Below are positions 12,717 to 40,070 of a stretch of 64,000 nucleotides of DNA, piece after piece. Numbering within the stretch: the stretch's first letter is position 1; each line of letters starts with the position of its first letter. Source of the stretch: Microbotryum violaceum (taxonomy: Eukaryota); contig CDLV01000018.1 of NCBI GenBank assembly GCA_001244265.2, forward strand, positions 682,001-746,000, read 5' to 3'. A model generated the notes under the pieces. It saw only the letters and a program-made list of their open reading frames with translations. It did not search any database and was not told the origin of the DNA. Made by a program: the position numbers and the translations under genes.

Positions 12717-13635
12717 TCACCCCTTGTTACTCCGCCCCTTGGTCCCCTTGTTCTGCTTCGCATACTTGGCCTTGACCGCCTTACTCCCCGTAGCCCTCTC
12801 CTTCTTCTCCGCAGAGGACATCTTCATTCTCGCCACGGGCTTGTTCTTCACTCGACGTTTATGCGTCGAACTGGTCGTGGTTGGAGTGGAGGTGGATCTG
12901 GGAGGTGGTGGCGGGGGAAGGTCGCGGTCGAGTGGGAGGGCGGGGGAAGGGGAGCGAGAGAGGGAGAAGGGTTCGATCGCGACTGTTGTGACGAGGTCGG
13001 TCGATTCAAAGGTCGTTGTAGGCGCGGGATCAGGGGTATTGGGGTCGAGACCGTCGTCGTCATTCTCGGATTCGGAGAAGGCTTCATCGTCGGAGCCACC
13101 GGCGTCTGGGTGGGAGAAGGTGATACATTTTCAGAGAGGGCTCTCGGGTCTAGTCGAAGCTGCACGGGGACTGACCCCCATACATAACCTTTGCATTCCT
13201 GACGTTTTGAGCGGCTCGTTCCTTTCTCTCATCTCGAATCTGTTCGCGTCGCGTCGGGGATAGAGCTGATCAGTCACCCATGAACCCCAAGCCAACTCTC
13301 CGTTGTAGCTCCCCGATCTCTTACATTCCTGCGCATCTCGTTCAATTCCTGCCTCTCGCGGTCGATCGCCTTGTTACGCACCGCCGCCTCGCGCGCCTTT
13401 TTACGCTTACTGAAGCCCGTCAAGAACTCTCTGTGAACAACACAATACGATTATAGCTCAGTGGTATATATGTATACCGCACCCCTTGGACTCTGCACAC
13501 TCACTTCCTCGCGTCAGGGTCGAAGACTACCTCCTTGACCTTCTTGACTTTGGCGGGCCTTCCGGATTTGTTCAACACCGGGTGAGAGATGGTGCCCACG
13601 GGGGTGTTGGACTTGCGTTTGGTGTGTTTGGGCAT
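12717..13635 (-). CDS. RRP17: Nucleolar rRNA-processing protein, Rrp17/Nop25 family; exons 13635-13505, 13430-13325, 13239-13176, 13105-12717
   Basis: Spliced product contains VKEVVFDPDARKEFLTGFSKRK, an acidic middle and a basic C-terminus. Three GT-AG introns restore one open frame. Confidence 0.82.
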
Positions 13636-14099
13636 CGTGGTGGAGGGTGGGGGGAGGGAGGGAAGACTGCGGTGCACGGACGAGGCGCAGCGTAAGCGAC
13701 GATGACGGGATAGACGGCGACGGCGTCCGTTGAGCAGGTGTGAGCGGTGTACACCTCTTTGTCCCTTGGCTTGATGATCGCACCCGGATAACTGAGCGGG
13801 GGAGACTGAGCGCCGACGAGGATGAACTAGCAGTGACAGCACGAGAGGCGTGAGCAAGACAACAGTCGAGCACGAGATCGACTTCAACCAGTCCGCCCGC
13901 AGCGCTGCGAAGCGCAATCAATTCGACTCGTCGGCTTATTACACTCTGTTAACTCGTTATTACACCCGAGCTCACCGCAGAACAGCGAATGAGAAACCGG
14001 AGGAATCAAAGGCAAAAAGGATCTCTCCAACGGGTAGGCAACAACAACAAGCAGAAAAAAAGTGAAAAAAAAGTGAAACAAATAATTTTCTTCCGTTTG

Positions 14100-14111
14100 A
14101 AAAAAGAGAAA
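14100..14111 (-). terminator. RNA polymerase III T-tract terminator of the tRNA-Gly gene
   Basis: TTTCTCTTTTTT immediately 3' of the tRNA on the minus strand. Confidence 0.7.
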
Positions 14112-14182
14112 TGCGCCGACTGGGACTCGAACCCAGGTCTAGACAATGGCAATGTCCAAGTATACCCCTAACCCACCGGCGC
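14112..14182 (-). tRNA. tRNA-Gly (anticodon GCC), intronless, 71 nt
   Basis: GCGCCGG/TCGGCGC acceptor stem, anticodon arm GGACA-TTGCCAT-TGTCT, T arm CTGGG-TTCGAGT-CCCAG, discriminator A. Confidence 0.96.
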
Positions 14183-14244
14183 AGATGAATTAAAAGGCGT
14201 AGTTTGGCCATATGATTCTTGCGCAACTCCCAAAACGTAAAAAA

Positions 14245-14395
14245 TCGCACTTTTGCGGGCGGTTTGTGTTATCATCGTAGTCTTCCATCTAGTTTTTCCG
14301 TAGGCCAAAACAGGGGGAACAGGAACTGGGGCAATATGATGAACGTTTTCTACAAAAAAAATAAATAAATAAATAAATAAAAAATAAATAAAAAA
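14245..14395 (+). mobile_element. LINE family C copy C1: last ~109 nt plus an A/(AAAT)n tail; first element of the array
   Basis: Matches the 3' end of copies C2-C4 (...GGGCAATATGATGAACGTTTTCTAC). Tail at 14354-14395. Confidence 0.9.
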
Positions 14396-14396
14396 T

Positions 14397-15287
14397 TACA
14401 CGGCTGTTCAACGCATGTTCGGACTTCCGAAGCTCAAGGCCAGTCTACGCGATCAAGAAGGAGCGGGGAGGACGATCGAAATATTCACCGGGCTGGTCTT
14501 GGAGATGATCAGCAGCGGGAGGTGGGGGATGCAGAAGTGGGGACGAAGATGGAGGGTGTTGTGAGGAGGAGGATCATCTTGGAGGAGAGGTTGAAGCTGA
14601 GGGCGGGAGGAGCTTGGGGAGGAGAGGGCAGTAGAGGCTGGGTTCGACTTTCCCCCACCACCACCACACACACACACCAAATTCTCGTGACATCATTTTC
14701 TCCTACTGTACACTAAATAGATCGCTTTCATCTTTCATTTGTTACAGGTTCACCGTTGCGGATCATGGACCATCTCGCGATTTGGCGTCGACTCGGTGTG
14801 GCTCGCGCTCTTCGGCTTCGGGGTTCTGAGTCAAGGGAGGGATCAGCGGACACAGGCAGAAAGTCGGCTTTGAGGGGCCAGGGACTGCCGATGGGGGAGG
14901 TTTTGAGGGACCTTCACCGCGTCTTGTTGTGACTGAGCAGAGACTTGGAGCGTCGAGGGTCGTGGTGGTTGCGCAGTCGTGCTCTTGTCTTCGTCTCGAC
15001 CGAGTGGGAAGTGGCTGTGGGGTGGGCCTTCTGTCGTTAGTACATTTCTTTTCTTTCTTTTTTTCTCTTCATCTCTCTTTCTCTCTCTCATTAGTCTCCT
15101 GGGGGGAGCAACCGCTTGGCTAGGGCATTTGAATCCGAATCTCGGATTGGTGGACTTGGCTCGTTTCTCGCACTTTTGCGGGCGGTTTGTGTTATCATCG
15201 TAGTCTTCCATCTAGTTTTTCCGTAGGCCAAAACAGGGGGAACAGGAACTGGGGCAATATGATGAACGTTTTCTACAAAAAAAAAAA
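14397..15287 (+). mobile_element. LINE family C copy C2: ORF2 C-terminal remnant, 3' UTR and poly(A)
   Basis: YTAVQRMFGLPKLKASL...IEIFTGLVLEMISSGRW...LEERLKLR aligns with family A YTALQIEHGLPRLRARL...IRAFIALALDTLSNRRW...LKERLELR. Poly(A) at 15277-15287. Confidence 0.85.
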
Positions 15288-15292
15288 GAATG

Positions 15293-16081
15293 ACGCCGCA
15301 GGGAAGCGAGGCCCCTGCGGAAGGTATACCCCGCCCTTGTCTCCAGCCGCGCGCCGGTGTTGACGGCCACCCGCCCGCGCTGCACCCGACCGAGGCGTGT
15401 CCAATGGACTGTCACATGCTCCGTGACTTTCCCCGGAAATCTCTGGATTGTGTGTTTTTGTGCGAAGTAGGCCTGTTTCGCAGTTGCAGTCATTGGAATG
15501 GGGGTGATCTGGGGTCGTGCGGTCGCGAGGGGGGCCGACTTTGGTAACCGAAAAGGGGTTTGGAATCCGCGGTGGAGATCCAGCGCAGACGGGTACAAGG
15601 GGTATGTGATTGCTGCGGTCGCAGGGGTTACATTCCCCCTTTGGACCACGTGAATCATTTGGATTGAGCGGGATGTTTGTGCCATCGGAGGCCTTGTTCG
15701 ACGCGTCTCAAAGAATTAAGGGGCTTCAAGGAGTATGGCGGTCTCAGGGGGGGCTGAAGTCAAAAGATCGAAGAAGGTTCAACTATACGACTATAATCGG
15801 ATTCGCCTGTACAACACATGTACCATCACCAACGACTCATCCATCTTTTCCCGATTCCTTGTGTATAATCTTCAACCTTCCTTTCATTCGTCTCTGGGAG
15901 GGAGCAACCGTGGGTGGGGGGACTTGAACTCGGATGTATCGGGTTGGTCTGTTCTGCTAGTTACAACGCATCAAGCGGCGGTTGTGGTCATCATCGTGCA
16001 TGCTGGGTAGCATCTCCTTTAGTTCCGTAGGGGGTTTTCTCGTCTTGCAAATTAGCGATGAGTTTCATACAAAAAAAAAAA
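15293..16081 (+). mobile_element. LINE family A copy A1: 3' UTR fragment plus poly(A)
   Basis: Near-identical to 30448-31234; ends GATGAGTTTCATAC-A11. Confidence 0.92.
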
Positions 16082-17107
16082 CTGACCTGGAACGTCAACA
16101 GGGGCTTCAATACCCCTGAACGACGTCGTCTGCTTCTTTCGTATCTCACTTCGCTCACACCTCCCCCTTCTGCTATCCTTCTCCAGGAACATAATGTTCC
16201 TAAAGCACGGCAACCTCACATACGCCACGAGTACGCCCAGTCCCACCAGGGCGAGGCCTACTTTTCTCAACACTGCCTCACTTTGATTCTAAGCTCTTCT
16301 CCTCTTCTCGGTGGTCATCGTCGCACGCGTCAGTCTCTTGGCGGGCGCTTACTCGTGACCACCTTCGATGTGCGGGGTTCGACGGACGTCGTCGAACTCA
16401 ACAATATCTACGCTCCGGTTCAACCCGCCGAGCGCCTCCTCTTCTTCACCTCCCTTCACTTTCCGGCGACCGTCTCCTCTCATATTCGGTTCATCGCGGG
16501 AGATCTCAACGACTGCCCTATTCCCGCGGTGGATCGAGCGCAACAGGTGGACCGCCCGAACACCCACCACTGGCCTGTGCTTATGTCTCGGCTCGACGGG
16601 GCGTACACGGATGCCATTCGGCTCATGCACCCACTGTCGCCGGCGACCACGCGCCCACATCTCAGCAAGGACGGCCAGCTCATTTCGCGCGCGCGCATCG
16701 ACTTTGTTCTGGTGCAGCGGCGACACGAGCGACGGGTCGTTTCTGCTTCTACTCTGTACAATATCTCTCGATCCATGTCGGATCATCGACCGGTTACGGT
16801 CACATTTAGGCTGCGCGCAAGTGGTGCCGAGGTCGAAGAGGAGCTCTGCCTTCCCCAGGCGGCTCATTTTCTGACCCGCATCAACTCGTCGACCTTCAGA
16901 CACGCCGAGTTTAAGGAGTTCGTCACTCGTCTCCTTGAGCAGGCACCGTCTGGGGATCCGGTCGCGGACCTTCAGCGCGTACTCTCGGAGTCTCGGGTCC
17001 AAGCTCTCGAGCTGTCTCGGCGTCTGTTTCGGGAGCGCAACGCCCTCGAAATGATGCTGGTATCTCGACTGCAGGACATTGAGTCTCGTCGGGTGCTGAG
17101 CCCCTTC
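16082..17107 (+). CDS. LINE A ORF2, APE endonuclease portion (5' of the copia insertion)
   Basis: Within ORF 16058-17152; joins 26853 in frame once the copia and one TSD are removed. Confidence 0.9.
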
Positions 17108-17303
17108 TGTTGTTGTAGGAGCGTCTCTAGTTACGTGGCGTCTGATAGATGACCTATTGTGAGATAGTGGGTCGCTAAAGGTCAATCGACTGTAACAGAG
17201 CGACTAGGCGAGATGTGATATCGAGTGCGTGGTGATGTATTTCAACTAACCTATTGTGAGATAGTGGGTCGCTAAAGGTCAATCGACTGTAACAGAGCGA
17301 CTA

Positions 17304-17468
<165 letters not shown>

Positions 17469-17471
17469 CTA

Positions 17472-26494
<9,023 letters not shown>

Positions 26495-26667
26495 TTACGT
26501 GGCGTCTGATAGATGACCTATTGTGAGATAGTGGGTCGCTAAAGGTCAATCGACTGTAACAGAGCGACTAGGCGAGATGTGATATCGAGTGCGTGGTGAT
26601 GTATTTCAACTAACCTATTGTGAGATAGTGGGTCGCTAAAGGTCAATCGACTGTAACAGAGCGACTA

Positions 26668-26796
<129 letters not shown>

Positions 26797-26852
26797 CTAA
26801 GACCATAAGTCCCTCTGGACCGCAGACCCCACTAATTTCCCACAACACCTTC

Positions 26853-29849
26853 GATATTATCGACTGGACGAACACCCACGACGCTCTCACCAAACTTGTG
26901 AACGAGCGAGCAAGGCAGTCCCGGATCAGGGCGCACGTGCCCGAGATTGCATCCGAGGAACGTCTCAGTCGTCCGGTACATGCCAAACTGGCTGCTCGGT
27001 CCCGGGATGTGAAGTTTCAGAGTATCCGGCTCGCTGATGGCGAGCTCACCACTGACATGGAGCGCACGCTCGAGCACACCCATTCTCATTTCCAGCAGCA
27101 CTACCTTGTCGAAGCGAAGGATCCGGAACAGGTCGTGACGATGCGGGATGAGCTCTTGGGACCCATCAGATCAGCAAGACCTTGTGACGACCCGCTTTCC
27201 GACGCTCGCTTCCTTCGGCGGTTCTCGAATTCGCACGCCGACATTCTGGCCGAGCCCATCAGCGAGGCCGAGGTGCTCGCAGCGATTCGAACCACGCACG
27301 AAGGTCGATCTCCGGGTCCTTCAGGGGTCCCCTATGAGATGTATCGAGCCTGCCCCCTGCTTTGGGCCCCTCTCTTGACTCGAGCCTACAACGAGCTGAT
27401 TACTCGAGGCTCCCTTACTCCACAACAGAGCCAGGCCAATGTGCGCCTCTTGTTCAAACACAACAAACCTGGTGCAGCGCGGTGCGACCTCAAATCGTAT
27501 CGTCCGATCACCTTGCGGGAATGCGACTACAAGATCTTCACCAAGGTCTACGTGGCTCGTCTGAACCGGATCCTCCCCGATGTTCTTCCGGCCGGACAGC
27601 ATGGGTTCGTCAAGGGGCGAAGACCAGCGGACGCGGCTTTGCATCTGCGGCTCCTGATCGATGAGATTAGGGGTCGTGGGGCAGAGTTCCCGACAGCAGC
27701 GCTCCTCTCCCTGGATCAGAGCTCGGCTTACGACATGGTCGAGCATGACTGGGTCTTTGCGGTGTTTGAGGCTCTCGGCGCGCCGGAATCTTTCCAGCGC
27801 GTCTTGCGGATGCTCTACAACGGCGAGACGTCCACAGCGCGGTACATTGTCAACGGTTTCCTTACCGAGACGGTGCGACTCCTGTGCGGTCTTGGCCAGG
27901 GCGATCCTCTCTCTTCTTCTGTCTGGGATGTGGTATTCCAACCCTTCCTTGATTCTCTCAGTCGACGCAACATTGCGCTGACTATCACTCTTCCGGAGCT
28001 GGCTCATCGTCCGCAGACTCGATGCATCACCAATTTGGCGTTCGCGGATGACGCCGTCGTCGCTGTTGCTGGGCCGGAAGCTATTGCTTCGCTCGAGGCG
28101 TTAGCTCGGGATTGGCGACTCGCGACGAACGGACGTCTAAACACCGACAAAACTGTGGTGATGCCATTGGGCGCGACGTTGTGGGATCGCGCGGACTTGT
28201 CCAAACTGTCGTTCGTGGCACCGGACGAGTCTCTTCCCTGGATCGGTCTCCAGTTTGCGCCTGACGGCAACAACAGGCTGGGATTCCATGATCTTGAGCG
28301 AAGGGTTGATCGAGTGATTCTATCGGTGCGCGACCGATGGATGACGCACCATACCCGGGCTTTCTATCTTAACCGCTACGGCATCTCCAAGGTGCTGCAC
28401 TCTCTCTCCGCCGACATCCCGCCATCCGACGTGATCAAGTCGATCGAGCGCAAGCTTGCTGACTTTGTGAAGGGAGGCCCGCGGCGCAGCGACTACAAGC
28501 AATCGGTCGTCTTCACGGCACGGGCACGAGGCGGTCTCAGCGTCGTGAGCATCCAGGATGTGGTGGATTCAGTCTCGGTACGGATCTGGGATGTGCTGGC
28601 CGGCGGGTCAACTGCGATTTGGGGCGATCTGGCTCGGAGTTCCATCCGGCGAGCGCTTCCGACCTTTGACTTTGCTGCGGATCTGTGGACGTGGAGGAAC
28701 GCCGACGCACCCCGGGAGCTACATCCCCGCTGGCGAGCGGTGCTCTCGGTCGCTGAACGCTACCCTGCCGTCGTCGATCCTGCCAAACTTTCGGTCTCCA
28801 ATCTTCTTTCTCTTTCCCCCCTCCAACCGGGTCTGCATGACTCGCGGGCGTTCTCGGAGCAGGATAAGCGTTTGGCGAAGCATTTCAGTTTCGAACGCAC
28901 CATCGCCGACATCTATGCTCGAGCTCAATACCCCGCAGCTCCAACGGTGCCCTGGACCCCTGAGAAGCATCCCCAAGGCGACGGCTCGGAGCTGTCCAAC
29001 CTTTGGCAATGGAAGCGCGATCAAGTCCAGGCGTGGATCCAGGTCGCAGGCGATCGCTTCATCCCGCCGCTTCCGCCTCCTGTTCCCGTCCTCGCACGTC
29101 GACCACCCGTCATTCGTGTCGTTGGAGCACCTGGAGCCCGGGCCGGCGGTCCCCTCGAGCACATCTTGCCCAGAGCGACTCCGGTCGGCATGCCTGATCA
29201 AAGACTTCCCCTCCCCTCCGCCCCCTTGCTTGCTAATCAGTGGAGAATGTTGAGCTTGGACAGACCCTACACCATTGCGCGACTTCGACGCGTCATCAAC
29301 CATCGACGTTTCGACGACACACAACGCCCTGGATCACTCGCCACACCCAAAGAAAGGCGACTCTTCTGGGGGTGGTTCCACACCGGGCCCGCCACGGCCC
29401 GCGAGCGCGAGGTGCACTTCAAGCTGGCGTACCACTTCACGCCAACGCGGAAGCGCCAGTTTGTGCAGCGGCATGGCGACTCGGCCTGCTGCCTTGTGCA
29501 GGCATGCAGCCTGGCAGGGGTGGAGGATGACTTTACTCACTTTTGGCATGATTGCCCTGACTCTTCTCAATTTTGGCAAGCAGCTAGGTCCATTATCTGC
29601 GACGCGCTGGGGGTCGTGTCGATCCTCGACCTCGACTACACGGCACTTCAGATCGAGCACGGCCTCCCTCGACTGCGCGCTCGCCTTCCGACGTCGAAAA
29701 AGCGTCCAATCCGCGCCTTCATTGCGCTGGCGCTCGACACTCTCAGCAACCGACGCTGGGATCTCCATCGCCACGCCAGAGCGATGTCGAGCATGGACAA
29801 GGAGATGGCGGGACTGAAGGAGAGGTTGGAGCTCAGATTGGCGCGATGA
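26853..29849 (+). CDS. LINE A ORF2, reverse transcriptase and C-terminal zinc-knuckle portion
   Basis: Open frame containing QGDPLSS, LAFADD and CCLVQACSLAGVEDDFTHFWHDC. Confidence 0.93.
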   Translation, partial: DIIDWTNTHDALTKLVNERARQSRIRAHVPEIASEERLSRPVHAKLAARSRDVKFQSIRLADGELTTDMERTLEHTHSHFQQHYLVEAKDPEQVVTMRDELLGPIRSARPCDDPLSDARFLRRFSNSHADILAEPISEAEVLAAIRTTHEGRSPGPSGVPYEMYRACPLLWAPLLTRAYNELITRGSLTPQQSQANVRLLFKHNKPGAARCDLKSYRPITLRECDYKIFTKVYVARLNRILPDVLPAGQHGFVKGRRPADAALHLRLLIDEIRGRGAEFPTAALLSLDQSSAYDMVEHDWVFAVFEALGAPESFQRVLRMLYNGETSTARYIVNGFLTETVRLLCGLGQGDPLSSSVWDVVFQPFLDSLSRRNIALTITLPELAHRPQTRCITNLAFADDAVVAVAGPEAIASLEALARDWRLATNGRLNTDKTVVMPLGATLWDRADLSKLSFVAPDESLPWIGLQFAPDGNNRLGFHDLERRVDRVILSVRDRWMTHHTRAFYLNRYGISKVLHSLSADIPPSDVIKSIERKLADFVKGGPRRSDYKQSVVFTARARGGLSVVSIQDVVDSVSVRIWDVLAGGSTAIWGDLARSSIRRALPTFDFAADLWTWRNADAPRELHPRWRAVLSVAERYPAVVDPAKLSVSNLLSLSPLQPGLHDSRAFSEQDKRLAKHFSFERTIADIYARAQYPAAPTVPWTPEKHPQGDGSELSNLWQWKRDQVQAWIQVAGDRFIPPLPPPVPVLARRPPVIRVVGAPGARAGGPLEHILPRATPVGMPDQRLPLPSAPLLANQWRMLSLDRPYTIARLRRVINHRRFDDTQRPGSLATPKERRLFWGWFHTGPATAREREVHFKLAYHFTPTRKRQFVQRHGDSACCLVQACSLAGVEDDFTHFWHDCPDSSQFWQAARSIICDALGVVSILDLDYTALQIEHGLPRLRARLPTSKKRPIRAFIALALDTLSNRRWDLHRHARAMSSMDKEMAGLKERLELRLAR

Positions 29850-31236
29850 AGTAGATGTCCCTCCCTCCCTATCCAAGCAAAAACCAAACCCCCAAAAAAT
29901 CACAAGTCCCTTTTCCCTCCTTCTCAATCTCCAAAATGTCTCCCAAACACGCCAGAATACTGAACCTGTTTTCTCTCGCTCTTTTTGCCATTCCTCCTCA
30001 TAGGCTTCCGTACTCCCCAGGAGCCTCGGGTTCTTTGCGCCGGCGGGCATTGTCGCCCTTGGTTCGAGCTTCTGCCACATCACGATGACACACAGCGAAA
30101 ACGGATCCCCTTGGCCCTCTCCTGGACTATACCGTGAGTTTTCCACTCCTCTCAAGGGCCGGGTCTGTCTTCTCTTTCGGTCGAGCGACCCCGTGATCTC
30201 CTGTTCAAGGCCGGCACAAACTGCCTGCGTGGCTCGCCTCTCCTTGCTTTGCTGCTCGCTCGGAGTCGCGGCCCCGCGGCGGGTGACTCGGGTACCGAAC
30301 CGCCATACACATCCACACTCGAGCGAGGTCCCACCCAATGACATCACCGTCGTGGGCCTCATGCTCCTTCTTTCCCCAGTATCTGCGGTGATTGGGAACC
30401 ACCTGCACGTACAAGGGGACTCGAGTGTGCGTTCCGAGATTGGGAGTACGCCGCAGGGAAGCGAGGCCCCTGCGGAAGGTATACCCCGCCCTTGTCTCCA
30501 GCCGCGCGCCGGTGTTGACGGCCACCCGCCCGCGCTGCACCCGACCGAGGCGTGTCCAATGGACTGTCACATGCTCCGTGACTTTCCCCGGAAATCTCTG
30601 GATTGTGTGTTTTTGTGCGAAGTAGGCCTGTTTCGCAGTTGCAGTCATTGGAATGGGGGTGATCTGGGGTCGTGCGGTCGCGAGGGGGGCCGACTTGGTA
30701 ACCGAAAAGGGGTTTGGAATCCGCGGTGGAGATCCAGCGCAGACGGGTACAAGGGGTATGTGATTGCTGCGGTCGCAGGGGTTACATTCCCCTTTGGACC
30801 ACGTGAATCATTTGGATTGAGCGGGATGTTTGTGCCATCGGAGGCCTTGTTCGACGCGTCTCAAAGAATTAAGGGGCTTCAAGGAGTATGGCGGTCTCAG
30901 GGGGGGCTGAAGTCAAAAGATCGAAGAAGGTTCAACTGTACGACTATAATCGGATTCGCCTGTACAACACATGTACCATCACCAACGACTCATCCATCTT
31001 TTCCCGATTCCTTGTGTATAATCTTCAACCTTCCTTTCATTCGTCTCTGGGAGGGAGCAACCGTGGGTGGGGGGGACTTGAACTCGGATGTATCGGGTTG
31101 GTCTGTTCTGCTAGTTACAACGCATCAAGCGGCGGTTGTGGTCATCATCGTGCATGCTGGGTAGCATCTCCTTTAGTTCCGTAGGGGGTTTTCTCGTCTT
31201 GCAAATTAGCGATGAGTTTCATACAAAAAAAAAATA

Positions 31237-31881
31237 CCCCACCACCACTACACACACACACACACCAAATTCTCGTGACATTATTTTCTCCTACTGTACA
31301 CTAAATAGATCGCTTTCATCTTTCATTTGTTACAGGTTCATCGTTGCGGATCATGGACCATCTCGCGATTTGGCGTCGACTCGGTGTGGCTCGCGCTCTT
31401 CGGCTTCGGGGTTCTGAGTCAAGGGAGGGATCAGCGGACACAGGCAGAAAGTCGGCTTTGAGGGGCCAGGGACTGCCGATGGGGGAGGTTTTGAGGGACC
31501 TTCACCGCGTCTTGTTGTGACTGAGCAGAGACTTGGAGCGTCGAGGGTCGTGGTGGTTGCGCAGTCGTGCTCTTGTCTTCGTCTCGACCGAGTGGGAAGT
31601 GGCTGTGGGGTGGGCCTTCTGTCGTTAGTACATTTCTTTTCTTTCTTTTTTTCTCTTCATCTCTCTTTCTCTCTCTCATTAGTCTCCTGGGGGGGAGCAA
31701 CCGCTTGGCTAGGGCATTTGAATCCGAATCTCGGATTGGTGGACTTGGCTCGTTTCTCGCACTTTTGCGGGCGGTTTGTGTTATCATCGTAGTCTTCCAT
31801 CTAGTTTTTCCGTAGGCCAAAACAGGGGGAACAGGAACTGGGGGCAATATGATGAACGTTTTCTACAAAAAAAAAAAAAAA
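31237..31881 (+). mobile_element. LINE family C copy C3: 3' UTR fragment plus poly(A)
   Basis: Matches 14653-15287; poly(A) at 31867-31881. Confidence 0.92.
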
Positions 31882-40068
<8,187 letters not shown>

Positions 40069-40070
40069 TT

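Noticed and set aside
13454-13466. tRNA A-box-like TAGCTCAGTGGTA
   Set aside because: No cloverleaf or B box follows; it lies antisense within the first RRP17 intron.
30085-31164. 359-aa ORF in the family A 3' UTR as a possible ORF3
   Set aside because: No recognisable domain, and the frame breaks differently in A1, A3 and A4.
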